DNA of 64,000 bases, taken from the NCBI GenBank assembly GCA_951406725.2, contig OX597817.1, positions 91,574,001-91,638,000 on the forward strand, in the 5' to 3' direction. A program made the translations under genes and the position numbers. Within the stretch, counting starts at the first letter, position 1, and the number at the start of each line of letters is the position of its first letter. A model generated the notes under the pieces. That model searched no databases, was not told the DNA's origin, and worked only from the letters and a program-made list of their open reading frames with translations. Positions 1-13,030 of this stretch are shown here, one piece after another. This stretch comes from Octopus vulgaris. Lineage: Eukaryota.

Positions 1-3000
1 GTGTGTGTGATGTATATGTGCTTAAGTATACACATTCATACAGACACACTCCTACACACAGCAATATACACACCTATGCCTGTACATGTACACACACATG
101 TGTGTATGTTACACACACATACACATACTCACTCACCAGCACATACAACACACAGCATACACACACACACAGCACACATACACGTACACACACACACGTA
201 CACCAACAAATATCGTTGCATAAGACAAAAATTAGATGTGAAATTTATTGGCAAAATAATGTTGGTGTGGGGGGAAAAAACTAAATTATTTTCAAGTTGA
301 CATAATTATTTTTCTCTAATTACATTAATAGAATTAATGAGAGAGAGAAGGGAAAAGAAAGGGAGAGAGACAAACAAAGAGATAGGAGGGAAAGGGAAAA
401 AATGGGAAGAAGAGAGGGAAAGAGAGACGTGTACACTTAACATGGTAATGTGTTCAATGAGAGGAAGATCTGGTGACATATTTAATTGTTAATTACTTGC
501 TAATTACATCAATACAGTTAACAAGGGAGAGAGTGAGTGAGAGAGTGGGAGCTAGAGGGTGAGAAAGAGAGTAGTTACCTAATTGATCTCAGCAAAGGAT
601 AATGAAAGGAAAAGTCTATTAGTCCATTGGACTGTGGTCATACTGGAGCTCTGACTTCATCAACCATAATGATTATTTTATGAATCTCAGATGGATGAAA
701 GACAAAGAATGCAGAATGTTAAAGGGACACAAACAAATCTCACAATGAATACATTGTTCACCATTCTTCCAAATTAGCAAATGACCTAGTTGGGGGCGGA
801 AGTATGCAGTGGTGTGTTGTGTCAGTGATGGTTGAGCTGGTTATAATGTTATTGTTGATGGTGAGTCCCAGGTCAGCCTTGATCCACCGGACCTATGATC
901 AAAGTTGTTTCTCAGTGACAAGTCAGTCTTTTTATTCTGACATAATGCATCTAAGATTACATGATTCGATGTACCCTTCTTCCTGGTTGGGATGCAGTTG
1001 CTGTTATTTTGCTCTAGGATAACTCTGATCCAACAAACCTATTCTCACCTATGATCAGCCTACCTTTAATGCAAACATACAGTGTCTGGTTCTAAACTGC
1101 CATTCTTGCTTGTTTAAGATGTTACGTTATGGCATGAAAGAGATTTAGCTGCTGTGTTTAGCAGGTTAAGTAACCATGGTAGAGATTCTAACATAGGCTC
1201 CTGATCAAGCCAGCCTATGTTATGTAAGTAATTGACTAAGTCTAAATTGACCATTGATCTCATGAGGAAGACAGCAGGCTGGCAGAATTGTAAGCACACA
1301 AGGCAAAATGGTTAGTGGCATTTTGTCAGTCTTTCCATTCTGAATTCTAATTCTGCCAAGGTTGACTATGCCTTTCATCCTTTCAGGGTCAATAAAATAT
1401 TTGGGTGATGTAACTGACTTACCCCTTCCCTAAAATTGCTGGCTTAGTGCCAAAGTTTGAAACCATTTCTCCCATGTGAGACCTAGAAAATACCTTTCCT
1501 TGAAGCAGGCCAGACCAAGGTTTTTTATGGATGACAAATAGGTGCCCATGCATGAACGTCTCCTCTCTCCTGCAGTTTATTGCCACCAGGATGCAAACTG
1601 TCAAAAGGGATATCATAAAGAATCCTACATAATACTAATAATTCTGTCAATTTTCTGTCTGGACTGGTACTTCATTTGTTTATTACAAAAAGATAAAAGG
1701 CAAAGTTGATGTTGACAAGATCTGAATTCAAAGAATCAGAAAAAAATACAGCAAAGCTTTCTATTAAATGTTCAAACAACTCTGCCAAATTACTAGTTTA
1801 AAGTGAGTTGAATGACAAAGTGCTCTTTACAGATGTCAAGCTATAAGCATACAATATCTCTGTAGAGTTGACAACACTTTAGGTTGTCAGCTGTATGGCA
1901 TCTTAGTTACATGAATAAGGGTTATAACCTTGACATCTTGTTGGTTGGAGGTGATACAGAAAAGGGTGGCATCACCTCCTAAAGGATTTTGTTCACACAG
2001 AATTAGTTTTGGTGGGAAAAAATAAAGTTGAATACTTTTTGAACACATCTCACAGAGTATATTTGGAATTATATCATTCCATAAGTCCTTCTCCTTTCTT
2101 TAAAACACTAAGATGTGATTTGAGAGGGAATTGGACATTATTTCTAACCAGCTGAGTGATCAATTAGAAACATCATCAATAATGACGCTAGGAGATATCC
2201 TTCTCTCTCTTTTTGGTTAATCCCAGAAGCCATGTACATGACCATGGGAATAGACTTCCTTCCTAACTAACAGATGTTTAAAATTTTGGAGAAATTCATG
2301 TATAAAAAATATGTTGGGCAAGTCTTGGAATATCTGTTCCTCTTATGATACAGTTACTTTACTTCCTTTAATTGTTTTCCTTCATTTTCTGATGCTCTTA
2401 GTATTTCAAACAACTAAGACGATGATTTTGATAAAAGAAATTCTTTTCAAAATTTCATTTGTTCACATATTTATCCCTCCATTCCAGAGTTTTGGTGTAG
2501 CCCCTACTCTCATTCCTCTGGTAAGTGAGTGGAGTTTTTCTTCATTTTGTAGTATTATTTCTATGTTTTAAATAAGTAAAATTAGCATTCTATAAAAAAA
2601 TATATTTTTTTCAATTCTATATTCTCACATTTCCTCCTCCCCTCAGAAGCTCCATAAATTTTTTCCAGGATCTCTCCTAATAAAAGACCATAACTTGAAT
2701 TGCACTGGAAACACTGGCACTTCTCATCAGTACCAGAAAGTATTTCAACCTCCAGCAATTGGTGACACTTCCTAAAGCTCACTGAAATTCGCAAGGGAGT
2801 ATTGCACCTACATCTTGGATTACAAATCCAGAGAAGGGCTTGTCAACTGATTTGCAATAAATCTCTAACAGACACACCAGTTTCTAACCCACAAGTATGC
2901 TGACTCTTTTCTCTGTCTTTTCTATCATTACTATAATGGCCCCTGTTCCTCATAACTGACTGGTCTTGTACCTCCTCAAAATTACAGGAGAGGTGAGGTG

Positions 3001-5133
3001 GGTGGGGTATGGTGGGTACAAATTTTTAAAAATGGAATTTTGGAAAAATTTCTATTTTACAGAAGGATAATTTCAATTATTTGAAACATAGAAATAACAA
3101 AAGTTTAAGGAACTTTCCATTATCTCAGCATAAGAGGTGCTGAGCAGAGCTTCTTCCCAAAATTATTTTATTCTGGGGTGGAGCAAAAAGCAAAATTGTA
3201 AACAAAAAGGAGCTCTGGAAAAAGATTTTTTCCCCAAAATAATCACCTCGGCTGATCTTTCAATGTAAGGGACAAATAAATCTAAAATGAAACCAACCAT
3301 AATGGGGAATGTACAAAATAAAATTTGTTATCCTGAATGACAGAAAGAAAGAAGTAAATGCTTTAAAAGTAGGTTATTACCATAAATAAAAGTATTATTA
3401 CCATCATCATCATCATCATCATTATTATCATTACTATTATAGACTTCTGTTTTCATGTCTCAGCATCATCTTTTAATTAACTTCTTAAAGTAGCAACATC
3501 ACAGAAAATGAAGACATGTCATATTAAAAAAGATAATACACGTTAAAGTAATTGTAAGTTTACATTTCATTTTGAAAGGTAAACAAAAATATTACTAAAG
3601 AGTTGGTACTGCAGTGGTTACAGACATAGGAAGTCCATAATTTCTGCTGACTCTTATCTTATATGAAACAGTTAATCTGTGTGTCAAAAGTTTCTCTCTC
3701 TTATCTCTCAATTGTTGAACTAAAAAAAAAGACAAAAGTAAAAAAGCACACTCCAGAAATGTCTTCCAAACTGTAATTATTTTCCATCTGTAAGAAATGT
3801 CCTGCTTTTTAAAATATTTAATTTAATTCAATTATCTACCTCGGGTTATGTCACACTGGCAATTGCCAATAAGAATGAAATGGTACTTTACATGATTACT
3901 GAAGGCTAAAAAGTTTAACATCTTTATAATTAGTGAGCAAAAGAAGAAAATATATGAATATTCTTTGCAGCTTCTGCCTTGTTCTTCGATTTCAATTTCA
4001 AAGTTCTAATCTCACCAAATATTAACAAGAAGTGATTATCTCCCTTACACTAACTGGCCACCAGAGTACACCACATGCCTTTTACTTTTTTTTAATTAAA
4101 TACTTCTAAGTTACTTAAATATTTTTCTCTTCTCTTCATAATCCTCATAATCTTTTTAAAAATTTTTCATTCTTTTAGTTAACTTCTTAAAGTAGTAGCA
4201 TTAAAGTAGAATTTTTTAAAACTCATTTCTTCGAAAATATGCTTATTCTACACTTTTACATATTACATATTCCCATATTAATTAATATGGGAAATACATA
4301 TTTAATATGGGAAATTACATATTCCCATATTAAACACCATCAATAATGCAAACATGTACATCCTGCTCTTTTGGTTCTGTTAAAGATTAGCGTTGTGCAT
4401 AGGTAGAATTATTAGAACATCAGACAAAATGTCAAGCATCATATTTGCTCCTGCTCTTTACATTCTAAGATTAAATCTGGCAGTAGCCAATTTTGCCTTT
4501 CATCCTTCCAAAGTTGATAAACTAAGCAGTCAAGTACTGGAGGTGATGATATTGATTAAACACACTCGAATTTCCAGCAAAAATGCTTTGTGGTATTTAC
4601 ATTCTAAGTTCAAATCTCACCATGGTCAACTTTGCCTTATATCTCTCCTAGATCAATGAAATAAAGTATAAGTCGAATTTTGTATAAATGTAATGAATTA
4701 GTCCCCTCACTGAAGCTTACAGTCCTTGTGGGTCAATATATCCAATTAGTTTTTTTGAGGGTGGTTGGTTGGCAGGATTCTTAATACATCAGACCAAATG
4801 CTTTGTGGTATTTGTTTACATGATGAGTTCAAATCCAGCTAGGGTCAACTTTGTCTGTCATCCCTTCTGAGTGTCAGTTTTAAAATAAAGTACTGGTGGT
4901 GGTGGTGGTGGTGGTGGTGGCAATGGTTTTGTTATTATTTCTGTTGTTGTTTAATTCCAGATCTGCTGTGACCCAATACACCTTTGATTAAAGCCATTTT
5001 AGCTGTAAATATTTTATTCCTCTCTTCTGACATTCATATGTGATTTGCTAGAGATTTGGTAGCTTATTTTAGCAGATCAAGCTACACTGTAGAATTCCCC
5101 TTGTTAGTTTGTCAGTGTTGCCACTGGTTGGGC

Positions 5134-5181
<48 letters not shown>

Positions 5182-5232
5182 TGTGTGTGCAGAGTTGATG
5201 TTGCTGTGGTTTATAATAACATTATAACTAAC

Positions 5233-5394
5233 CTGAAGGTGACAGTAGGAAGGCTCAGTGACCCATCTGGACATGTGACTAGGTCATGCTTACTTTTGAA
5301 GTCCTTACTGAGGAGATCACGTATGTCATTGTTGTAGATCTCAACCACTGACACCTCAGCTTGATATGTCCCTGTAGGCTTCTCTGACATCAGA
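5233..5394 (-). CDS. KIF25: KIF25-like exon D (162 nt): (S)LMSEKPTGTYQAEVSVVEIYNNDIRDLLSKD...PTVTF
   Basis: tttcag|TCTGATG...TTCAG|gttagt; phase 2-2; kinesin motif VS.VEIYN..I.DLL, with the KIF25-type EIYNND. The gene continues beyond the left edge. Confidence 0.93.
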
Positions 5395-5569
5395 CTGAAA
5401 CAGACACAGAAAGTGTACAAAGTGACATTATAGACATGTTACAACAGATAGATATGTATGTATATGTATACGCGTGTGACATGTGTGTATATGTACATGT
5501 GTGTTCATGTGTGTGTATGCATACACACACACACATATACAAGGGGAGCAGAACTAGATAAATATGGAT

Positions 5570-5923
5570 ATCATCATCATCATCATCATCATCATTATCA
5601 TCATTTAACGTCCATTTTCCATGCTGGCATGGGTTGGACGGTTTGACTGAGTTCTGGAAATTCACCAGCTGCATCAGACTCCAATCTGATCTGGCAATGT
5701 TTCTACAGCTGGATGCCCTTCCTAATGCCAACCACTCTGAGAGTGTAGTGGGTGCTTTTTATGTGCCACCAGCATGGGAGCCAGTGAGGTGGACCTAGCA
5801 TCGACCATGTTTAGATGGTGCTTTTTACATGCCGCCAGCATGGGAGCCAGTCAGGGGGCACTGGCATCGACCCCGTTTAGATGGTACATTTTCAGAAGCC
5901 AGCCAGGCAGCACTGGCCACAGC

Positions 5924-5925
<2 letters not shown>
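5570..5925 (-). mobile_element. RTE 3'-UTR-derived short retro-copy with (GAT)n tail; similar copies at about 18357-18510(+), 20475-20655(+), 23520-23780(+), 44735-45360(-), 57640-58100(+), 60685-61150(-)
   Basis: Shared motif ggcattaggaagggcatccagctgtagaaa...caacccatgccagcatggaaa...gacgttaaa(tga)n, matching the 3' end of the RTE at 35520-35692. Confidence 0.8.
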
Positions 5926-5974
<49 letters not shown>

Positions 5975-6507
5975 TACATGCATACACACATACACACACA
6001 CACATATTCACATGTAATATCATAACAAGTTTGCTACCTGACCACAATGATCTGTGCTCAGTTCCATTGCATGGTACTGTGGGTCAGGGAACACCACTAT
6101 AGCTTCAGATTGACCAAAGCCTTGTAAATGGATTAGGGTGATGGAAACTGAATGAAGCTCATTGTAACAACAAGGTCTGATAGACGCACAATATAATAGC
6201 ATGATTTTGATGCAAGTCTGAGGAAGTGCCTCTCCAATGCCTAAAACTGCAAATATTACATAATTTTTCGTTTAGAATTTTTGCATAAACTGTTTTTTGC
6301 AAATTACAATTAAAGATATGTTAAAGAATTTTCTTTGTCTTCTTTTCATTGGATTATTTACTCTTCCCCAAAACATATAACAGTACAACTGTCATGAAAC
6401 TTGGATTTTCTACACCAGAAATATTCCGGCTTTGGCTTGGATCCTGATAGCGTTGATAGCCCAGTATTCGGGTTGAGTGCTTCTCTGGAAATGCTCAATT
6501 GACTTTA

Positions 6508-6546
<39 letters not shown>

Positions 6547-7525
6547 CGTATGTATATATATAGTTTACTTTTCCTCTAAGGTAAGATCAACAAAAAAGTA
6601 CTTCATCCAGTGAGAAATAAATATTGTTTAATGTACATAGTATATAGTTATGAGCTACTAATAATTTTCTACATTAGAGAAGTTGTCTAATCAGAACATT
6701 AGAACAACAAAAATCATATGAGAATAAACAAGAGAAAGTTGAGTGCAAAAAGTGGAAAGGTCAAAGAAAAATGGAAAAAGAAAAGAAATTAGAAAGAGAA
6801 TTAGAATCATGTCCTCTCTGACCGTAAAGCTAGTTGGTGTAAAATCAATGAAAGGGGTCTAAAGTCTGCAATACAGCTGCTCAATGCAGAGAGAATTCTT
6901 AGATTTAAGATTTCGACTACACTGCTGAATTCCTGATCAGAAATTTTCAGCAAATGCAAACACATGAGCAAGTTTATTTTGGTGAACCAGAGAAAACCAC
7001 CTTCTCTGGATTGAGCAGCTGTATTGCAGACTTTAGATTCTACACCAACTAGCTTTATGATTTTATGGTTAAAGAACAATGAGAATAAGACATGACTAAG
7101 TGATGGTTAGTGGCCTGAGAGAATGTGATGTCTAGCAGCACAGCAGAGCCAAATTAGAGTGTATTGGGTGGTAGCATGAGAGCAATTTAAGACAACAGGG
7201 TTAAAGTGATGAAGAAGGTGTGATCAGTAATTTGTTTAGTAACTGTTGGGTGTTGGCAACAGGAAGGGCATCCAGCCATAGAAAATCTGCCTCAAAGAAT
7301 TCCATCATCCTAGGATTGGCCAGCTGAAATACTAGACTACTGTCAGGTACAAACAAGCAGCCAGGACATTTGATAAACAAATAACATACCCAGGTAGTTA
7401 GCCAACTAGGGTGTCGAGCCACAGGTAAACAAAAACAAGTGATATCTTTGAATGAGTAACTAATTGGGAATGGAATCTATGTCTTCAAACGTCTGTGTGT
7501 GTGTGTGTGTTTGTGTGTGTTTGTA

Positions 7526-7560
<35 letters not shown>

Positions 7561-8426
7561 ATGTATGTATGTATGTATGTATGTATAAGACAATATCAGC
7601 TTGAAAAATAGTTTCAAGTTCCACACTCAAACAAATAAAACAAACACTGAACAATTCTGACTTACACCTTATGAGTACTTGTACAAAAAATGTTTTAATT
7701 ATACTTTAAAATCTTTATCATGTCTAATTACAAACATAATTTATTGTTATGGAACTTATTGAAATTTCAAATTTCTATCATGTATTTTTTTCTATGAAGT
7801 GTATTGAACATTTCATCTGTCATTATTTCTTGTAGCCATGGAACTTATTAAACACTTAAATTTTTATCATATCCTTTTGCTATGAATCCTATCGGACAAT
7901 TAAATTTTTGATCATGTTTTATTCCTATCAGACTTGTCCTCGTGCATTCACTCTCTTTCAAGTTATATTTTATATTTAATCTTTAATATACCATTGAAAA
8001 AACATTGTTGAAATCAGTATGGCAGTTTAATAAGTTTAAAATTTTTTAATACATAAAGACCCAAGTACATTTTTGATCCCCAAACCCAATTTTCTTACAT
8101 TCCTCTTTTGTGTGTGTTAAAGTATTGGAAAGACAGCTCTGCTGTAATCATTCCAGCACTCTGTATGTGTCTGTGCTTTGTCTTCAAATCTTGCCAAGGT
8201 CAATAATGGCCATTTTCCATTTAGGGTTGATAAATTGAGTGCAAGTCTTGTACAGGAGTTGATTTCTCTCTCACTCTCTCTCTCTCTTTCTCTCTGGAAC
8301 AAGTATGTTGGGATCATATTTGTAGAAGGATACCTATGATAAGCTTTATGCCAAGTCACTTCACCTATGAGTCCATAAAGGATTTGAAAACTCGAAGCCA
8401 GGCATATATATACATATATATATATA

Positions 8427-8464
<38 letters not shown>

Positions 8465-8467
8465 TCT

Positions 8468-8534
<67 letters not shown>

Positions 8535-8887
8535 GATAGATACACAAAGGAATCCCAAAAACTCAACAAATTTGTTAAAAATGGAGAAGAGATGTTGAAA
8601 TGTAAGAGAATTTTAATTCATACAGGTAATTGTTTCGAACAGCGATATAAAAAAACATAAATTCATGGTTGAATAAAAATAGTGAAATAGTAAGCTTCTA
8701 GCAAAATATGAAGAAGGTATATTTGAAATCTTTTTTGAAATCCTTCAAATTAAAGGACGAAATTTACTTCAACTTTTTTACATGCACACACACACATATA
8801 TATTATTACAAATTTGGAATTTTACCAACAGAACCGCAACTTCTATTTCAGGACAAACTTATTGTCTTATATATATATAAATAACCT

Positions 8888-8993
<106 letters not shown>

Positions 8994-8995
8994 CG

Positions 8996-9030
<35 letters not shown>

Positions 9031-9031
9031 G

Positions 9032-9087
<56 letters not shown>

Positions 9088-9655
9088 ATACACATTCATC
9101 ACATTCTGTTAAAATGTCTTATTGATGTGTTTGGTTTCTTTCTTTTCCTGATGAGAAGATTACATTGTTTTACACCATTTTATTCCTTTTGGAATAATAC
9201 CAATGTTGTCTTCAAAATATATGTCAGAAGTAAAATAATTTGAATAACATCTATGTTTAACTCCTTTCATTTATTTATATATATTATACAAAATATTTCA
9301 CATCAACCCGAAGTTTCAACCTTTACAAACAGGGTGTTACATCCTTATTACTTGCATGAATTTTTGCTGCCCTAGTAACTGTTTATTTATTTTTTCCGTG
9401 TTAATTGTAAACAAGGGAAAAATACACACATCCATTTATATATACATATATATATATAAATGGATGAATGAATTATCCTTTGTTTACCGTTAACACGGAA
9501 AACTCAATAAACAGTTACCAGGGTAGCAAAATTCACGCAAGTAACACGGATGAAGTGACCTATTCAAAGGTAGAAACCCCGGGTTAATGTCCAGTAATTT
9601 GTGTAGTATAAGTAAATAAATGGAGGTGAACGCAAATGTTATTAAAATTATTTTA

Positions 9656-9738
9656 CTTTCGACATATGTTTCGAAGACAACATTGGTTTTATTCCAAAGG
9701 AATAAACAGTATAAAATGCAATCTTCTCATCAGGAAAG
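9656..9738 (-). ncRNA. Type I hammerhead ribozyme motif, canonical core
   Basis: Minus strand ctttc-CTGATGA-gaaga...tcttc-GAAAC-atat-GTC-gaaag: 5-bp stem I, G-C-closed long stem II, palindromic ATAT loop III, GUC site. Confidence 0.8.
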
Positions 9739-10841
9739 AAAGAGAGCCTATCTCAACAAGACATTATAACAATAACGATGACTGCATAAATGATAAACAG
9801 AACGTTATTAAGTATTTTTAAAAAACCGTTTGTAGATTCGACATCAAAGGCAGATACTAGAAAGAGAAGGGTTAAAGAAATAATAAGTAGAGAACAAATA
9901 AAGAGGGATACGTTTGTTGAAAAGATGTACAAAGGCTTAGAAGTAGATTTCTCTATTGAAGTAAAGTGCAAGTTAAACTAACTGTTCAAACTATAAAGAC
10001 TGGTATAAATCACTTATATGAGCTAAAGGTATGTTTCTGCCAGTGTTTACATTTGTAAGATCACTGTATTAGTGATAAACTAAACTGAACACTTATAATA
10101 CATACTTACTACATTATTTCAATTGATGAAAACTCCTTGTAAATTCTCTCTCTCTTGTATGTATGTGTGTGTGTATGTTTGTATGTTTATCTATCTATAT
10201 TTCGTTCCCCCTCTCTCTCACATTTCTTTGCCTTCTCTTCTTGCTCACTTTCCCTCCACTTTTCACTTCACTGTGTCCCTGTCATTTTTTCTAGCCCCTC
10301 CTTAATTCTTCTGTCCCTCTGCCTCTACCTCTCTCTCTTCTCTTCCCATGTAACCGGCATTCAGCCAACCCTGATCTTTCTTTCTTGGTCTGGCCGTTGT
10401 CCGTGCAACATCAATATTCCTCCCTGTGCTTGTGAAATCTTGCATCCCTGCCATAAAGCTTCATTTTCACACACACCAGCTTAATTTCATTCGTCCTTAC
10501 TCAAAAGACACCTGTTGTTATGTCCTGTTATTATTTTTATTGTATTCGTGTAATGTCCGTTTTTTTCCGTCCTTGTTTTTGTATACATTTGCTGCTTTCT
10601 TCCAAGGAATCTAATGCTCTTAGCTTAGTTTTTCCTTGGGGCTGGTCAGATTGGAACAAGCTCAAGTATAATCAGCTGAAATTGCAAAGATAATCTGGTA
10701 CTCTACTGAGGAAAGAAAACTTCGAATGAACCGTCCTTGTTTACTCTGTATCATCTATCTGGATGTTTTGTTGTCCCATTTTTGTATCACCTGTCTGGAT
10801 GTTTTGCGTTCTTGTCCCATTTTGTATTTTATATATATATA

Positions 10842-11496
10842 TATAAGAATATTTTGCATAATAAAATAAAAAAAACCAGGGCTGTATATATATTAGAGCA
10901 TTTATAGATAGACGATCTTACAGCTGTTTCTAGAATATTTATTAATAATATCCCTTCATCGGAGACGGTGTGAGAGGAAAGTTAAGTCATAGTTAGTTTA
11001 GATGCGATACAAAATAGAGAGTGAGGTGGAGGAAAGAAAATAGATGCAAGATATATATGGGTATTGAAGTTGTAAATCCATTTTATAGGCATATTGGTAT
11101 ATATACAATATGCCAATATCGTATGAGTAAAGTCCAAAAGTCCAACAGAGTTTAAAATGAGTCCTTCCAAATATAGATTTTATAAGCAATGTAAGAATCC
11201 CATATGAGTGAGAAGTATGACTTAACTTTCCTCTCACACCATCTCAGATGAAGGGATATTATTAATAGATATCCTAGAAACAGCTGTAAGACCTATCTAT
11301 AAATGCTCTAATATCTATACAGCCTTGGATTTTTATCTTATTACGCAAAAAATTCTTATATACTCACGCTGACATAGAACTAACATTGAACCCTTTATTC
11401 GCAATATCACCGAGTCTGGAACTTAACTATGGTCTGTCTATAGCGCTTATTCAGCATTATCTGACACATTTGGGCCACAATGACACCATTATCTCT

Positions 11497-11497
<1 letters not shown>
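10842..11497. mobile_element. Inverted-repeat PLE-type insertion with HHR motifs in both arms and a 3' tail
   Basis: Arms about 10842-10991 and 11216-11362. tct-C(A/C)GATGA-agggatat...atatcct-a-GAAAC-agct-GTA-aga at 11242-11291(+) and about 10916-10965(-); (TA)n flanks. Confidence 0.8.
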
Positions 11498-11529
<32 letters not shown>

Positions 11530-11822
11530 TCTTTTACTTGTTTCAGTCATTAGATTGTGGCCATGCTGGAGCACCACCTTGAAGGGTTTTTAGCTATAGA
11601 AATCAATTACAGTTCTATATTTAAGAGATGAAGAATTATGCACATTATTTACATTTGACGGATGTTTGTTCTTATCTTGTTTTGTTGTTAACATGATGTT
11701 TCAGCTGATATACTCTCCAGCCTTCATGAGGTATCTTGGGGAAATTTCGAACCTGGGTTCTCATTCCTAAGGTATTTTTCGATGTTATTATTATTATTGT
11801 TGTTCTTGTTCTTGTTGTTCTC

Positions 11823-11863
<41 letters not shown>

Positions 11864-12040
11864 CATTATTATTCAGGTCACTGCCTGGAATTGAACTCGG
11901 AATCTTGGGGTTAGTAGCCCGCGCTCTTAACCATATCCCATGGGCATATGGCACAGTGGTTAAGAGCATGGGCTACTAAACCCAAGATTCCGAGTTCAAT
12001 TCCAGGCAGTGACCTGAATAATAATAATAATAATAATAAT

Positions 12041-12609
12041 GACCACATCTCACTCCTCTGGAACTTCACCATTCAAACTGACAGAAAGATAGACGCAAAT
12101 AGGCCAGACATCATAGTAAAAGACTTCAGACAAAAAACATGCTTCCTCATTGATCTGACTGTCTCAATCGATATAAACATATCTGTCAAGACCTACCAGA
12201 AACTGAGCAAATATAAAGATCTGGAAATAGAAATCAGCAAAATGTGGAGCCTGAAGACTAAAACAATACCTGTTGTCATAGGTGCCCTGGGAATGATAGC
12301 AAAAGGGGCTGATTGCTACCTAACTCATATACCAGGAAACCCCAAAATCGCAGAAATTCAAATGATAGTGCTCATGGGAACTGCTCATATCCTACGCAAA
12401 ATACTTTCTATGTAATCTCAAGTTTTAAAATAAACATAATTTTCGTATGGTTTTTTAGGCATTCACTAGTACAACACTAAGTACAAAACCAAATATATGG
12501 CACCCAAGGCATAACACCAACATGAACTTCCAACTTGTTGTCTCTTGAGGTCTCTGGGTGAGACTTGGAGCCAGCTTGTGCAAATGTAAAGCAAAAGTCA
12601 AACATAGAA
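12041..12609 (+). mobile_element. Dong/R4-clade non-LTR retrotransposon 3' end (restriction-like endonuclease plus 3' UTR)
   Basis: LLWNFTIQTDRKIDANRPDIIVKD...LIDLTV...KLSKYKDLEIEISKMW...PVVIGALG is an RLE domain; flanked on both sides by (AAT)n. Confidence 0.88.
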
Positions 12610-12653
12610 TAATAATAATAATAATGTTAATAATAATAATAATATTAATAATG

Positions 12654-12697
<44 letters not shown>

Positions 12698-12698
<1 letters not shown>

Positions 12699-12940
12699 TG
12701 AGAAAATGTGGCATCTCAAGGCGGTTAGAATACGTATTGAGAAGAGCATTGTCGATGTGAGAACTATTACTACCCATGTATTTTAATTTAACTTAAAAAA
12801 AAAAAAATTTTTTTTAAATGAACGAATTATTGAGTTTAGTTTAATGGCCTACCAATGTATACTATGAGTTTCTTTGCCCTAGGAGTCGGGAAGACACTCG
12901 GCAAGAAATGGAAGCAAATTTGAAAGAAGAAAATTAAAAA
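12698..12940 (+). mobile_element. Short internally deleted Dong/R4 3'-end copy
   Basis: gaaaatgtggcatctcaaggcg, gagaagagcatt and acactcggcaagaaatggaag match 14203-14545; sits between (AAT)n tracts. Confidence 0.75.
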
Positions 12941-12942
12941 AA

Positions 12943-12974
<32 letters not shown>

Positions 12975-12975
12975 A

Positions 12976-13019
<44 letters not shown>

Positions 13020-13030
13020 TAAAAATAATA

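Noticed and set aside
1419-1616. Minus-strand ORF containing SRSH, a possible next kinesin exon (switch I SSRSH)
   Set aside because: The surrounding residues (QGKVFSRSHMGEMV) do not fit the kinesin motif, no convincing phase-2 acceptor was found, and the region abuts SINE sequence.
11948-12016. Functional tRNA gene
   Set aside because: A and B boxes and an anticodon-like loop are present, but the acceptor and T stems do not pair well, and it is embedded in a repeated palindromic element.
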